From Deltaproteobacteria bacterium (lineage in GTDB: Bacteria > Myxococcota > Kuafuiibacteriia > Kuafuiibacteriales > Kuafuiibacteriaceae), in contig JAVJQW010000043.1 in the NCBI GenBank assembly GCA_040218735.1, positions 320,001 to 384,000 of the forward strand: a DNA stretch of 64,000 nt. Direction: 5' to 3'. Numbering within the stretch: the first letter of the stretch is position 1; each line of letters starts with the position of its first letter. The position numbers and the translations under genes are program-made. This document shows, one piece after another, positions 11,201 to 18,357 of this stretch. The notes beneath the pieces were generated by a model. The model was not told the DNA's origin, did no database searches, and worked only from the letters and a program-made list of their open reading frames with translations.

Positions 11201-11432
11201 GAACGGCGCGCCCGGGTTGTCGCGTCTGATCGGCGCCAATCTGAACGCGCCCCCCGTCGGCGACATCACGCGTGTGCACCTGCGCTCGGCGGGCGCGGTG
11301 CTCTACTTCTCCGCCGGGAGCGGCGGGGGGGCGCGACCGCTCTTCGGCGCCTTCACGGCGGGCGCGGCGCGCGACGGCGCGCTCCTGGCGAACGGGACGG
11401 CGTCGCTCAACACCCTCTTCCTGCCGCGCTGA
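8232..11432 (+). CDS. Large lipoprotein with tandem putative Ig (He_PIG-like) repeats and a TolB/PD40-like propeller
   Basis: Lipobox LVAC. About six repeats of L.ITT..LP...VG..Y...GG..PY.W....LP.GL, then FSPSGDRAAY, WSPTGQHIAY, WAPDGQRFAF and WSEDSEKVLY blades. Confidence 0.85.
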   Translation: MRKRAALLLALVACSGETSEELRLAASDLGEGRVGESYRATITANRTVEWDVRGVPDGLVVTTDGVSAELAGVPVESGTFEIDVTVTAGEATTGRVYVLVVREGALAITTEALPEADVMMPYSATVEAAGGRGMRTWTVEGLPEGLTATRDEAVTIAGTLVNPGTFDVRVAVRDVGEGTDERTFTLRVRASELSITTTALPVAFVGVNYAVAIESAGGRAPYQWTITGGPEDFTLDASTTSTTSLVGTTASTGRYAVTVQVEDAEGERATATFDLDVTDGPLTVLTSTLTDAQLGVAYGTTLGARGGVGTVRWSITNGGLPNGVSFDTSLGRVQGTPTVLGRHDFTAQVMDERGRTASQRLTLFVSDEPPLVLTTLDLPSVEVGLPVELPIVATGGSTPYTWSVDGTLPTGLTVDDIGTPNTFVRGVPTRLEREDVEVTVFDRNGRRASRVFTLEVTPSTVPLQIDTTQAPAGETCRDYLFVLAGSGGSRTDYTWTLAQGSLPAGLTFDPVDAVVIGVPEATGSFPVVFALEDGVGEQTSVAMTIEVATSGRPRFGLASTFGATHRLLFPIDLCTSTFVQGLPINQPLPDDDGVSLYTPIVFSPSGDRAAYVAEEGGEERVFVVDLSGAAPVRTAVSGPLFNTIGSARISWSPTGQHIAYVAAPEPNRYAAFVADVSNPQSPGAPVQVSVDRPGGNVTTEVVWAPDGQRFAFVGDPRIDETFELFVGNVQSSTVASPVSGAIAQGQGVRGYPPVWARDGTHVLFSAVLRDTRIEVFAVEVGVPNATPFPIAPNAPSYTASYTPYFVAPNRERFVYVATQETPGAWEMYLVELRSPPFTPVRLGHALVAGESINKLKWSEDSEKVLYIVPESGISAGALYVAEAASPATSIRIDAPASSGARVTNQDWAFDFDSTGDRVAYLESDVMTGQSDPYFVDLSSGTPTTPVRLGPPARGRTTVGFSWARDAPRVALMTHGNSTVGIGEMLVVDVSNGAPGLSRLIGANLNAPPVGDITRVHLRSAGAVLYFSAGSGGGARPLFGAFTAGAARDGALLANGTASLNTLFLPR

Positions 11433-11447
11433 TCCGCCGTCGACAAC

Positions 11448-13592
11448 GTGCGGGCGTCGGTGTTCAAGTCCGGCCCCGTGCGATTGCTCCGGAACGCCTC
11501 GACGCCCCTCCTCGCCGCGACCCTCTGGGCCTGCGCGACCACGCCCCCCGCACCGTCGACCGACGACGCGGATCCCTACCTGTGGCTGGAAGAGATCGAG
11601 GGTGAAAAGGCGCTGAGCTGGGTGCGCGCACAGAACGCGGCGACCGCCGAGCGGCTGGAGTCGCTCCCCGAGTTCGACGAGCTTCTCGCGCAGGCCAAGT
11701 CCGCGCTCGACGCGCCGTCCCGCGTCCCGCACGTCGCCGCGCGCAAGGGCCTGCTCTACAACCTGTGGCGCGACGCCGAGCACCCGCGCGGCGTCTACCG
11801 GCGCACCACGGTGGCGTCGTTGTCGAAGGCCGAGCCCGAGTGGGAGACGGTGATCGACGTCGACGCGCTGTCGAAGGCCGAGGGTAAGAAGTGGGTCTTC
11901 AAGGGGATGAGTTGCTTGCCGCCCGAGCACACGAAGTGCCTCGTGGCGCTGTCGCCCGGGGGCGGGGACGCCGCCGAGCTGCGTGAGTTCGACGCGTCCA
12001 CGAAGTCATTCGTGGAGGGTGGGTTCTACTTCCCCACCGCGAAGCAGAACGTCGAGTGGATCGACGCCGACACCCTCTTCGTCGCGAGTGACTTCGGGGA
12101 GGGTTCGCTGACCGAGTCCGGGTACGCGCGCATTGTGAAGCGCATGAAGCGCGGTCAGTCCAAGGCCGAGGCGGAGACACTGTTCGAAGCGAAGGTCGAG
12201 GCGGTCAGCGCGCGCGCGCAGCGCTACCGCACGGACGAAGGTGACCTCGACATCGTGCAGGAGTGGCTCTCGTACTGGGAGAGCAACTTCTATCACCTGA
12301 CCGACGACGGACTGCACCGCATCGAGCTCCCGAAGCGCATGCAGATCTTCGGTGCGTTCCGAGGCACGTTGGTGGTGGCGCTGAAGGAGCCGTGGTCACA
12401 CGGTGGGAAGGACTTCGTCTCGGGCACGCTCGTCACGGTGAAGCCGAACGGCGCGGCGCCCCCGACGATCGGTATCATCGCCGTCCCCAGCGAGAAGGAG
12501 ATCATCCTCGGGGCGCGTGCGACGAAGCCGGGGGTGATCGTCGAGATGCTCGACGCGGTGCGCGGTCGCCTCTATCGCTACACGCCGAAGGACGAAGGCT
12601 GGGAGCGTACGCCGATCGCGTTCCCGGACAACGGCTCGGTGCACGTCGAGACCGACGACGAGGATTCGGGGGATCTGTTCGTCGCGTACGAGTCGTTCAC
12701 GACGCCGCCGACGCTCTACCACGTGCCGGCGGCGACGCTGGAGCCGAAGGTCGTGCGCCAGCAGAGCCCCGCGTTCGACGCTTCGCAGTTCACGGTCGCG
12801 CAGCACTGGGCGACGTCGAAGGACGGGACGAAGGTTCCGTACTTCGTCGTGCACGCGAAGGACCTCGAGATGAACGGCAAGAACCCGACGCACATCTTCT
12901 CGTACGGTGGGTTCCGCGTGCCGCTCACGCCGTCCTACTCGGGGTCGTACGAGCAGCTGTTCGGCGCCTACGGGAAGATGTGGCTGGAGCGCGGCGGTGT
13001 GTTCGTGCTCGCGAACATTCGTGGGGGCGGTGAGTTCGGTCCGAAGTGGCACGAGGCGGCGCTGCTCGAGAATCGACCGCGCGCGTTCGAAGACTTCGAG
13101 GCGATCGCGGCGGACCTCGCGAAGCGGAAGATCACCTCCGCGAAGCACCTGGGTATCGAGGGGCGGAGCAACGGTGGGTTGTTGGTGACGGCGACGATGC
13201 ATCGTCGGCCCGAGCTGTACGGCGCGATCGTCTGCGGCGTGCCGCTCGCCGACATGCGCCGCTACCATCAGCTGCTCGCGGGCGCGAGCTGGATGGGTGA
13301 GTACGGCGACCCCGACAAACCGGAGCAGTGGGCGTTCATGTCCGAGTACTCGCCGTACCAGAACTTGAAGGCGGACGCGGGTTACCCGCCGGTGTTCTTC
13401 TACACGTCCACGAAGGACGACCGTGTGCACCCCGGCCACGCCCGCAAGATGGCGGCGCGGATGATCGAGCTCGGCTACGACGTCACGTACTACGAGAACC
13501 TCGAAGGCGGACACGGCGGGAGCAGCACCAACGATCAGCTCGCGTACCGTATCGCGCTGGCCTACGCGCACCTCTGGTCGCGACTTCGCTGA
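11448..13592 (+). CDS. Prolyl oligopeptidase (S9A), lipoprotein
   Basis: DPYLWLE, SKDGTKVPY, NIRGGGEFG and catalytic motifs GRSNGGLL, DDRVHP, GGHG. Lipobox LWAC. Confidence 0.93.
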   Translation: MRASVFKSGPVRLLRNASTPLLAATLWACATTPPAPSTDDADPYLWLEEIEGEKALSWVRAQNAATAERLESLPEFDELLAQAKSALDAPSRVPHVAARKGLLYNLWRDAEHPRGVYRRTTVASLSKAEPEWETVIDVDALSKAEGKKWVFKGMSCLPPEHTKCLVALSPGGGDAAELREFDASTKSFVEGGFYFPTAKQNVEWIDADTLFVASDFGEGSLTESGYARIVKRMKRGQSKAEAETLFEAKVEAVSARAQRYRTDEGDLDIVQEWLSYWESNFYHLTDDGLHRIELPKRMQIFGAFRGTLVVALKEPWSHGGKDFVSGTLVTVKPNGAAPPTIGIIAVPSEKEIILGARATKPGVIVEMLDAVRGRLYRYTPKDEGWERTPIAFPDNGSVHVETDDEDSGDLFVAYESFTTPPTLYHVPAATLEPKVVRQQSPAFDASQFTVAQHWATSKDGTKVPYFVVHAKDLEMNGKNPTHIFSYGGFRVPLTPSYSGSYEQLFGAYGKMWLERGGVFVLANIRGGGEFGPKWHEAALLENRPRAFEDFEAIAADLAKRKITSAKHLGIEGRSNGGLLVTATMHRRPELYGAIVCGVPLADMRRYHQLLAGASWMGEYGDPDKPEQWAFMSEYSPYQNLKADAGYPPVFFYTSTKDDRVHPGHARKMAARMIELGYDVTYYENLEGGHGGSSTNDQLAYRIALAYAHLWSRLR

Positions 13593-13637
13593 AAACCCGA
13601 CTCAAGTCTCGGCGGGCGGCGTCGATGATCCGGTTCG

Positions 13638-14060
13638 ATGTATCGGGTGGTCTACGTCAGCTCCGCGCGCACTGACTTCACCGAAGAAGAGCTCGACCAG
13701 CTCCTCGCGAAGAGCCGCGCCGCGAACGAGGCGATCGGCGTTACGGGGTTGCTGCTGTACCACGACGGCAACTTCATCCAGGCGCTCGAGGGGCCCAAGA
13801 AGTGCGTCGAGGCCGTCCTCCACCGGATCGAGAACGACCCGCGCCACGGCAACGTGCTCGTCTTGATCGAGGAGGAGGACGAGGAGCGCGTCTTCGGTGA
13901 CTGGTCGATGGGTTACGTGCGCTACCGCGAGCTGCCCGAAGGCGAGCGCGACGGTTACTCGCGGTTCCTCGAGCAGGCCGCCGCGCGTGAGCTCGCGCCG
14001 AGCCGCGCCCACGTGCTCCTGGAGGCGTTCAAACGGAACGTCGCCGGGTATGTCCGATAA
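13638..14060 (+). CDS. Short BLUF-domain blue-light sensor
   Basis: YVSSA, SRAANEAIGVTGLL, FIQALEG, DPRH and FGDWSM contain the conserved Tyr, Asn, Gln, Trp and Met of BLUF. Confidence 0.92.
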   Translation: MYRVVYVSSARTDFTEEELDQLLAKSRAANEAIGVTGLLLYHDGNFIQALEGPKKCVEAVLHRIENDPRHGNVLVLIEEEDEERVFGDWSMGYVRYRELPEGERDGYSRFLEQAAARELAPSRAHVLLEAFKRNVAGYVR

Positions 14061-14062
14061 CG

Positions 14063-14103
14063 TGTGTGTAAAACACACAACAGCTGAACCGCGTGGCCGA
14101 TAA
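14063..14103 (+). promoter_or_regulatory. Palindrome plus sigma28-like -10 element
   Basis: TGTGTG-TAAAA-CACACA at 14063-14079 and GCCGATAA at 14096-14103, 8 nt before ATG 14112. The -35 match is poor. Confidence 0.35.
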
Positions 14104-14111
14104 CGAAGGTC

Positions 14112-14492
14112 ATGCGGATGTTCGCGCGCATGTTCATGTCCCCTGCCCAGCGTGCGCTGAAGGACTCGGACGCGTTCCGCGCCCCGCAATCGCGCGACGC
14201 GCTGCTCCAGGAGATCCAGACCTACGGTTACGACCACGAGCGTCTGGCCTGGGTGACGCGCTCCGCCCAGGACCTCGGCTCCGGGCCGACGTTGACGATC
14301 CGCGAGGTCGAGCAGGCCGCCGACCGGTCCGCGCACGCGCGCGACACGAATCGCGAGCCGGCGTACCACAACTTCGCGATCGCCTCCGCGCTGGGGGATG
14401 ACGGCCTGCTTCAGCTGATGATTCAGCGGGCCAATCGGATCGCGGATGGAATTCAGCCGGGCGCGAAGGACATGCTCGCCGACGCGTTCTGA
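14112..14492 (+). CDS. Hypothetical protein
   Basis: 126-aa ORF with normal composition filling the gap between BLUF and the convergent esterase. No motif recognised. Confidence 0.65.
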   Translation: MRMFARMFMSPAQRALKDSDAFRAPQSRDALLQEIQTYGYDHERLAWVTRSAQDLGSGPTLTIREVEQAADRSAHARDTNREPAYHNFAIASALGDDGLLQLMIQRANRIADGIQPGAKDMLADAF

Positions 14493-14506
14493 AATTCGCG
14501 TTCCAT

Positions 14507-15568
14507 TCAAGGGAGCGCGAAGCGCTCGAAGAACGTCCACATCGTCTCGGATGCGTCGATCGTGTCCGAGGTGTGCCCGAGCCCCGGTACGGGCGCTCCG
14601 CCCGGCCACGTGTGACCGCCGCCGTCGATCGTGCACAGCTGAACCTCCGCGCCTTCATCGCAGCCGCTCCACGTCTCGCAGGTGACGTCGTCCTGTTGGA
14701 AGGTCACGGCGCCCGTCGGGCTGCATCCGTTCCGCTGGACCCAGCCGTCGATCGTGTCCGCCACCGAGAGGTACCCGCGGATGCCGTCGTAGCCGACGAT
14801 GCTGTCGTCGGTGCCGTGGAAGTGGAGCACCGGCACCGCGCGGGCCGGGTTACAGCCGACGATGCCGTTGACCCCCGCGACGGGTGCGATCGCCGCGATG
14901 CGATCCGATAGCTCGCAAGCGAGTCGGTGGGAGAGGAACCCGCCGTTGCTCATCCCCGTCGCATAGACGCGACGGGCGTCGACGCAGAGGTTCGCCTCGA
15001 GCGCGTCGAGCATCGCGTCGACGAAGCCGACGTCGTCGACGTCCTCTTGCATCGCTTCGCCGCAACACACACCGCCGTTCCAGGTGCGGCCGACGCCCTC
15101 GGCGTGCACGACGATGAAACCTTCGTCGTCCGCGACCCGACGCATATGCGTGAGGCCCATCTGCAGCGTCGCGGTGAACAGGCGTCCGTGGAAGTCGAAG
15201 ACGACCGGCGCGGGGGTGTTCGGGGCGTAGCCGCGCGGGACGTGGACGAAGAGCTCGCGCGTACGGCCGCCGTGTTCGAGGGTCCACGCATCGTCGGTCG
15301 GCGCCGGCTGGCCGCAGCCTCCGAGGGGGCCGCCCGCGTCGCCGATCGACGGTCCAGCGTCGCGCGGCGAAGGACCCGCGTCGCGAGGTGAATGACCGGC
15401 GTCGCGCACCCCGCCGGCGTCGGTCTTTTCGGTCGTCCCCGCGTCGCGGTGGCCCGCGTCCGTGATCGCTTCGGGGCCTCCGTCGTACGTCGGGCCCTCC
15501 GTCGTCGGCTGCAGCACGGGGGTGCTGCACGCGCCGAGCAGGAGGAGCCAGGGCAGCCACGTCCTCAC
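14507..15568 (-). CDS. PHB-depolymerase/LpqC-type esterase lipoprotein
   Basis: GTG at 15568 gives MRTWLPWLLLLGAC. RDAG linker, then FDFHG, WNGGVCCG, DDVGFV, GMSNGG, FHGTDD and GGGHTWPG. Alternative start at 15652. Confidence 0.88.
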   Translation of the reverse strand: MRTWLPWLLLLGACSTPVLQPTTEGPTYDGGPEAITDAGHRDAGTTEKTDAGGVRDAGHSPRDAGPSPRDAGPSIGDAGGPLGGCGQPAPTDDAWTLEHGGRTRELFVHVPRGYAPNTPAPVVFDFHGRLFTATLQMGLTHMRRVADDEGFIVVHAEGVGRTWNGGVCCGEAMQEDVDDVGFVDAMLDALEANLCVDARRVYATGMSNGGFLSHRLACELSDRIAAIAPVAGVNGIVGCNPARAVPVLHFHGTDDSIVGYDGIRGYLSVADTIDGWVQRNGCSPTGAVTFQQDDVTCETWSGCDEGAEVQLCTIDGGGHTWPGGAPVPGLGHTSDTIDASETMWTFFERFALP

Positions 15569-15648
15569 GTTCGTGACCCTCGCACGGGCGCGGCGCGTGT
15601 GGCCGCCGTCGATCTCGGCGCGGCGTGTACGGCCGCCCGGACCCTCGG

Positions 15649-16374
15649 TCACTCCGAGAGGATCGCGGCGGCGACCGCCTCGTCGTCCTCGTTGGCCATC
15701 CAGTGCGCGACGCCGTCGAGCGCGCTCGTCCGGACTCGCGCGAACTTCATCGACAGGTAAGTCGCGTTGACGCGCGCGACCCAGCCGGACCGCTTCCCGC
15801 GAATCACGTGCACGGGGACGTCGACGCTCGGCAGAGGGTACAAGTCCGGGAGCTCACGCACGAGGGCTTCGGCGGTGGCGACGTCGCTCTGTCGCCGCGC
15901 CTGTTCGTAGTGCTCGATCGCCCACCGCGGGAACGCGTCGAAATTCGCGACGCGCCAGAACGTGCCCGACCAGTTCACGAATGAATTTCGATCCCCGCCG
16001 ACCACGTCGGCCGTGTAACGCCGCGCTGCGTACGCCGCCGCGCGGCGCCCCGGAGGGATCGCGGGCTCGAGGAGCACCAGCCGGTCGACGCGTCGACGCG
16101 CCGCGACCAACCAGGCGAGCAGCCCGCCCAGGCTGTGACCGACGAGGATCGTCGTCTCGTCCACGAGCGGCGCCACCGCGTCGACGAGCGGTCCCCAGCC
16201 CCGCGTCGCGAGCGGCAGCTCCCCCAGGTAGCCGGGGAGTGTCAGGCAGCTGACCCGGACCCCGGCGCGCGCGATCACTTCGGCGAGCGGGGCGTAGAAC
16301 GGAGCACCCAGATCGTTCCCAGGGAGGAGGAGGAGCGGGCGTCCGTCGGCCGAGCCGTGATCCGTGCGCTGCAT
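15649..16374 (-). CDS. Alpha/beta hydrolase (possible thioesterase or amidase)
   Basis: PLLLLPG, VGHSLGG nucleophile, LVLLEP and C-terminal GVAHW. Start uncertain (16374, 16395 or 16407). Confidence 0.85.
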   Translation of the reverse strand: MQRTDHGSADGRPLLLLPGNDLGAPFYAPLAEVIARAGVRVSCLTLPGYLGELPLATRGWGPLVDAVAPLVDETTILVGHSLGGLLAWLVAARRRVDRLVLLEPAIPPGRRAAAYAARRYTADVVGGDRNSFVNWSGTFWRVANFDAFPRWAIEHYEQARRQSDVATAEALVRELPDLYPLPSVDVPVHVIRGKRSGWVARVNATYLSMKFARVRTSALDGVAHWMANEDDEAVAAAILSE

Positions 16375-16388
16375 GGTCCTCGATCCGG

Positions 16389-16436
16389 TTGACATAGGAC
16401 ATACCACATCGGGATTACATGTCGGGTACTGTCGTC
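16389..16436. promoter_or_regulatory. Divergent promoter region with ACAT repeats
   Basis: AT-richer patch with TTGACA at 16389, ACAT at 16392, 16399, 16406 and 16417, a GACAT/ATGTC inverted pair, and TACTGT just upstream of ATG 16437. Confidence 0.45.
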
Positions 16437-17216
16437 ATGACCAAGCAGCACATCCATTGGCTCAGCCGGGCCCTGATCGTCCTGTTCGCCGGGGGCGGCA
16501 TCGTGTCCCTCTTCGTCGTGCCGACGAACCCCGTCTGGTGGACGGTCGACGTCCTGCTCCGCAGCTACGTGATGTTCCTGTGCACCGTCCTCGCGCACGA
16601 AGCCGCGCACGGTCAGCTCGGTCGCACCAAGTCCGCCAACCTGTGGTGGGGGCGCGTCGCGCTCCTGCTGCCGATGGTCCCGGCGCTCAACTTCCGCAAG
16701 ACGCACCGCCTCCACCACGCGCACACCAACGTCCCCGACCAGGACCCGGACTACTGGGTGAAGCCGAAGCGCTTCTGGGAGATGCCGCTGCGCGCCGTCG
16801 CGCTCCCGCACTACTGGCTCCTGTGGCTGTGGCGGAAGAACAAGGTCTCCCGCGCGGAGCTCGTCGAGATCGCGCTGTGGTACGTCGCGATGTTCACGAT
16901 CTACGGCGCGGTCTACTTCGTCGCCGGACCGACGCGCCTCGTGCTCGGCATGGTGCCGGCGCTCCTCATCGTGTCGCTGTTCCTCTGGTACCCCTTCGCG
17001 GTGAAGACCCACGAAGGTTTCTCGACGGGCGCGCCCGAGACCCGCTCGCACGACTACTACGGCGTCGGCGTCTACTGGCTGACGCTCGGGTTGTCGATGC
17101 ACCGCGCGCACCACCTCCACCCGTCGAAGAGCTGGGTCGAGTTGAGGCCCTACGTTCGCGCCGCGCCGCTGCCGTGGTGGCGGCGAATGTTGTTCCCGCG
17201 TGACATCCGCGTCTGA
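16437..17216 (+). CDS. Membrane fatty-acid desaturase/hydroxylase family protein
   Basis: Three His boxes (HEAAH, HRLHH, HRAHH) with several hydrophobic segments. No cytochrome b5 fusion. Alternative start at 16419. Confidence 0.9.
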   Translation: MTKQHIHWLSRALIVLFAGGGIVSLFVVPTNPVWWTVDVLLRSYVMFLCTVLAHEAAHGQLGRTKSANLWWGRVALLLPMVPALNFRKTHRLHHAHTNVPDQDPDYWVKPKRFWEMPLRAVALPHYWLLWLWRKNKVSRAELVEIALWYVAMFTIYGAVYFVAGPTRLVLGMVPALLIVSLFLWYPFAVKTHEGFSTGAPETRSHDYYGVGVYWLTLGLSMHRAHHLHPSKSWVELRPYVRAAPLPWWRRMLFPRDIRV

Positions 17217-18357
17217 GCTCGCCGCGAGTCCGCTCGATCGCATCAGCGCGATCATGGACAGCCCCGTCCGTCCGCTGGACGGCGGCCTGATCCTCACCCT
17301 CCGTGAGGTGCCTTCACTCGAGGCGCTCGAACGCGGCGCCGCAAGCGCGCGCGAGGTCTACCCGGTTTCGCGCTGCGTCCTCGACGACCGGACGTGGCGA
17401 CGCGTCGACGACCCGCCCGCCATCGCGACGGGTGACGACGTGCAGGCCTTCCTCGACGCGGGCGCGCCTGTCCGCGAGACCCCGTCACCGAGGCAGCTCC
17501 TCGCCGACCAACACCTCGTCACCGTCGGGCACCACGCCGCCGGTGACCTCGTGTCGATCCTCGCGTGGGTGCGTCACCAGCTCGACGTCGCGTTCGGTCG
17601 CGACCCCGCGCCGCCGTCCTCACTGGAGCTCACGGGCTGCGACCAGGCGGTGCGCAAGAGCAAGTACGCCTGGTCGGGCGCGTCGACGAAGCTGTGGTCC
17701 CGCGGCGGCCCCTCGAACGTCCGGCGGAGGAAGAAGCTCCACGTCACCCCGTTCTCTCCGCGCGGCGACGTCACCTACAACGACGTGCTCCTCACCGCGA
17801 CGCTCGACACCTTCGCCGCGTTCAACGCCGACCGCGGCGCTTCGACCGAGCAGATTGCGGTGTGGTGTCCGGTGAACGTCCGCGCGCGCCCCTTCGACGG
17901 GTTCGGAAACGGATCGAGCCGCGTGCGGATCTACCGTCGCTACGACGACGACACGCCCATCGCGGATCGCGTCGCTCACGTCCGCGAGCAGGTTCGGTGG
18001 ACCAAGAAGAACGGCGAGTGGTTCGTGCCGGTCGACCACCCGCTGCTGTCCGGACCGGCTTGGCTACTGCGCATGTACCTGTCGCGCCCGTGGGTCGACA
18101 TGGCGACCGGCGCGTTCTCCCACGGCGAGCGTGTGGGCCCCGGCGACGACGACACGTTGTGGCCGGAGGTCGAGGACCTGGAGATCGTCGGCCAGCTCGA
18201 CCGGCGCCACCCGTTCGGCATCTTCGGCGCCACGTTCCGCGGTCTCACCCGGCTCACGCTGCTCTACGACCCGGGCCAACTCGAAGGTGAGGACGTCGAT
18301 GCGCTCGCGGACATCTTCACCGAGCGGCTCGAAGCCGCACGCGCGGCGCTGACGTGA
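17200..18357 (+). CDS. Stand-alone condensation-domain / CoA-dependent acyltransferase-like protein
   Basis: HHAAGD (HHxxxD) plus TYNDVLL, CPVNVR and FGN, typical of the C-domain/PapA/wax-synthase fold. Overlaps the desaturase stop. Confidence 0.75.
   Translation: MTSASELAASPLDRISAIMDSPVRPLDGGLILTLREVPSLEALERGAASAREVYPVSRCVLDDRTWRRVDDPPAIATGDDVQAFLDAGAPVRETPSPRQLLADQHLVTVGHHAAGDLVSILAWVRHQLDVAFGRDPAPPSSLELTGCDQAVRKSKYAWSGASTKLWSRGGPSNVRRRKKLHVTPFSPRGDVTYNDVLLTATLDTFAAFNADRGASTEQIAVWCPVNVRARPFDGFGNGSSRVRIYRRYDDDTPIADRVAHVREQVRWTKKNGEWFVPVDHPLLSGPAWLLRMYLSRPWVDMATGAFSHGERVGPGDDDTLWPEVEDLEIVGQLDRRHPFGIFGATFRGLTRLTLLYDPGQLEGEDVDALADIFTERLEAARAALT

Noticed and set aside
6540-11930. 1796-aa minus-strand ORF
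   Set aside because: It is Arg/His-rich antisense shadow of three well-supported plus-strand genes; high GC at third positions removes stops on the opposite strand.
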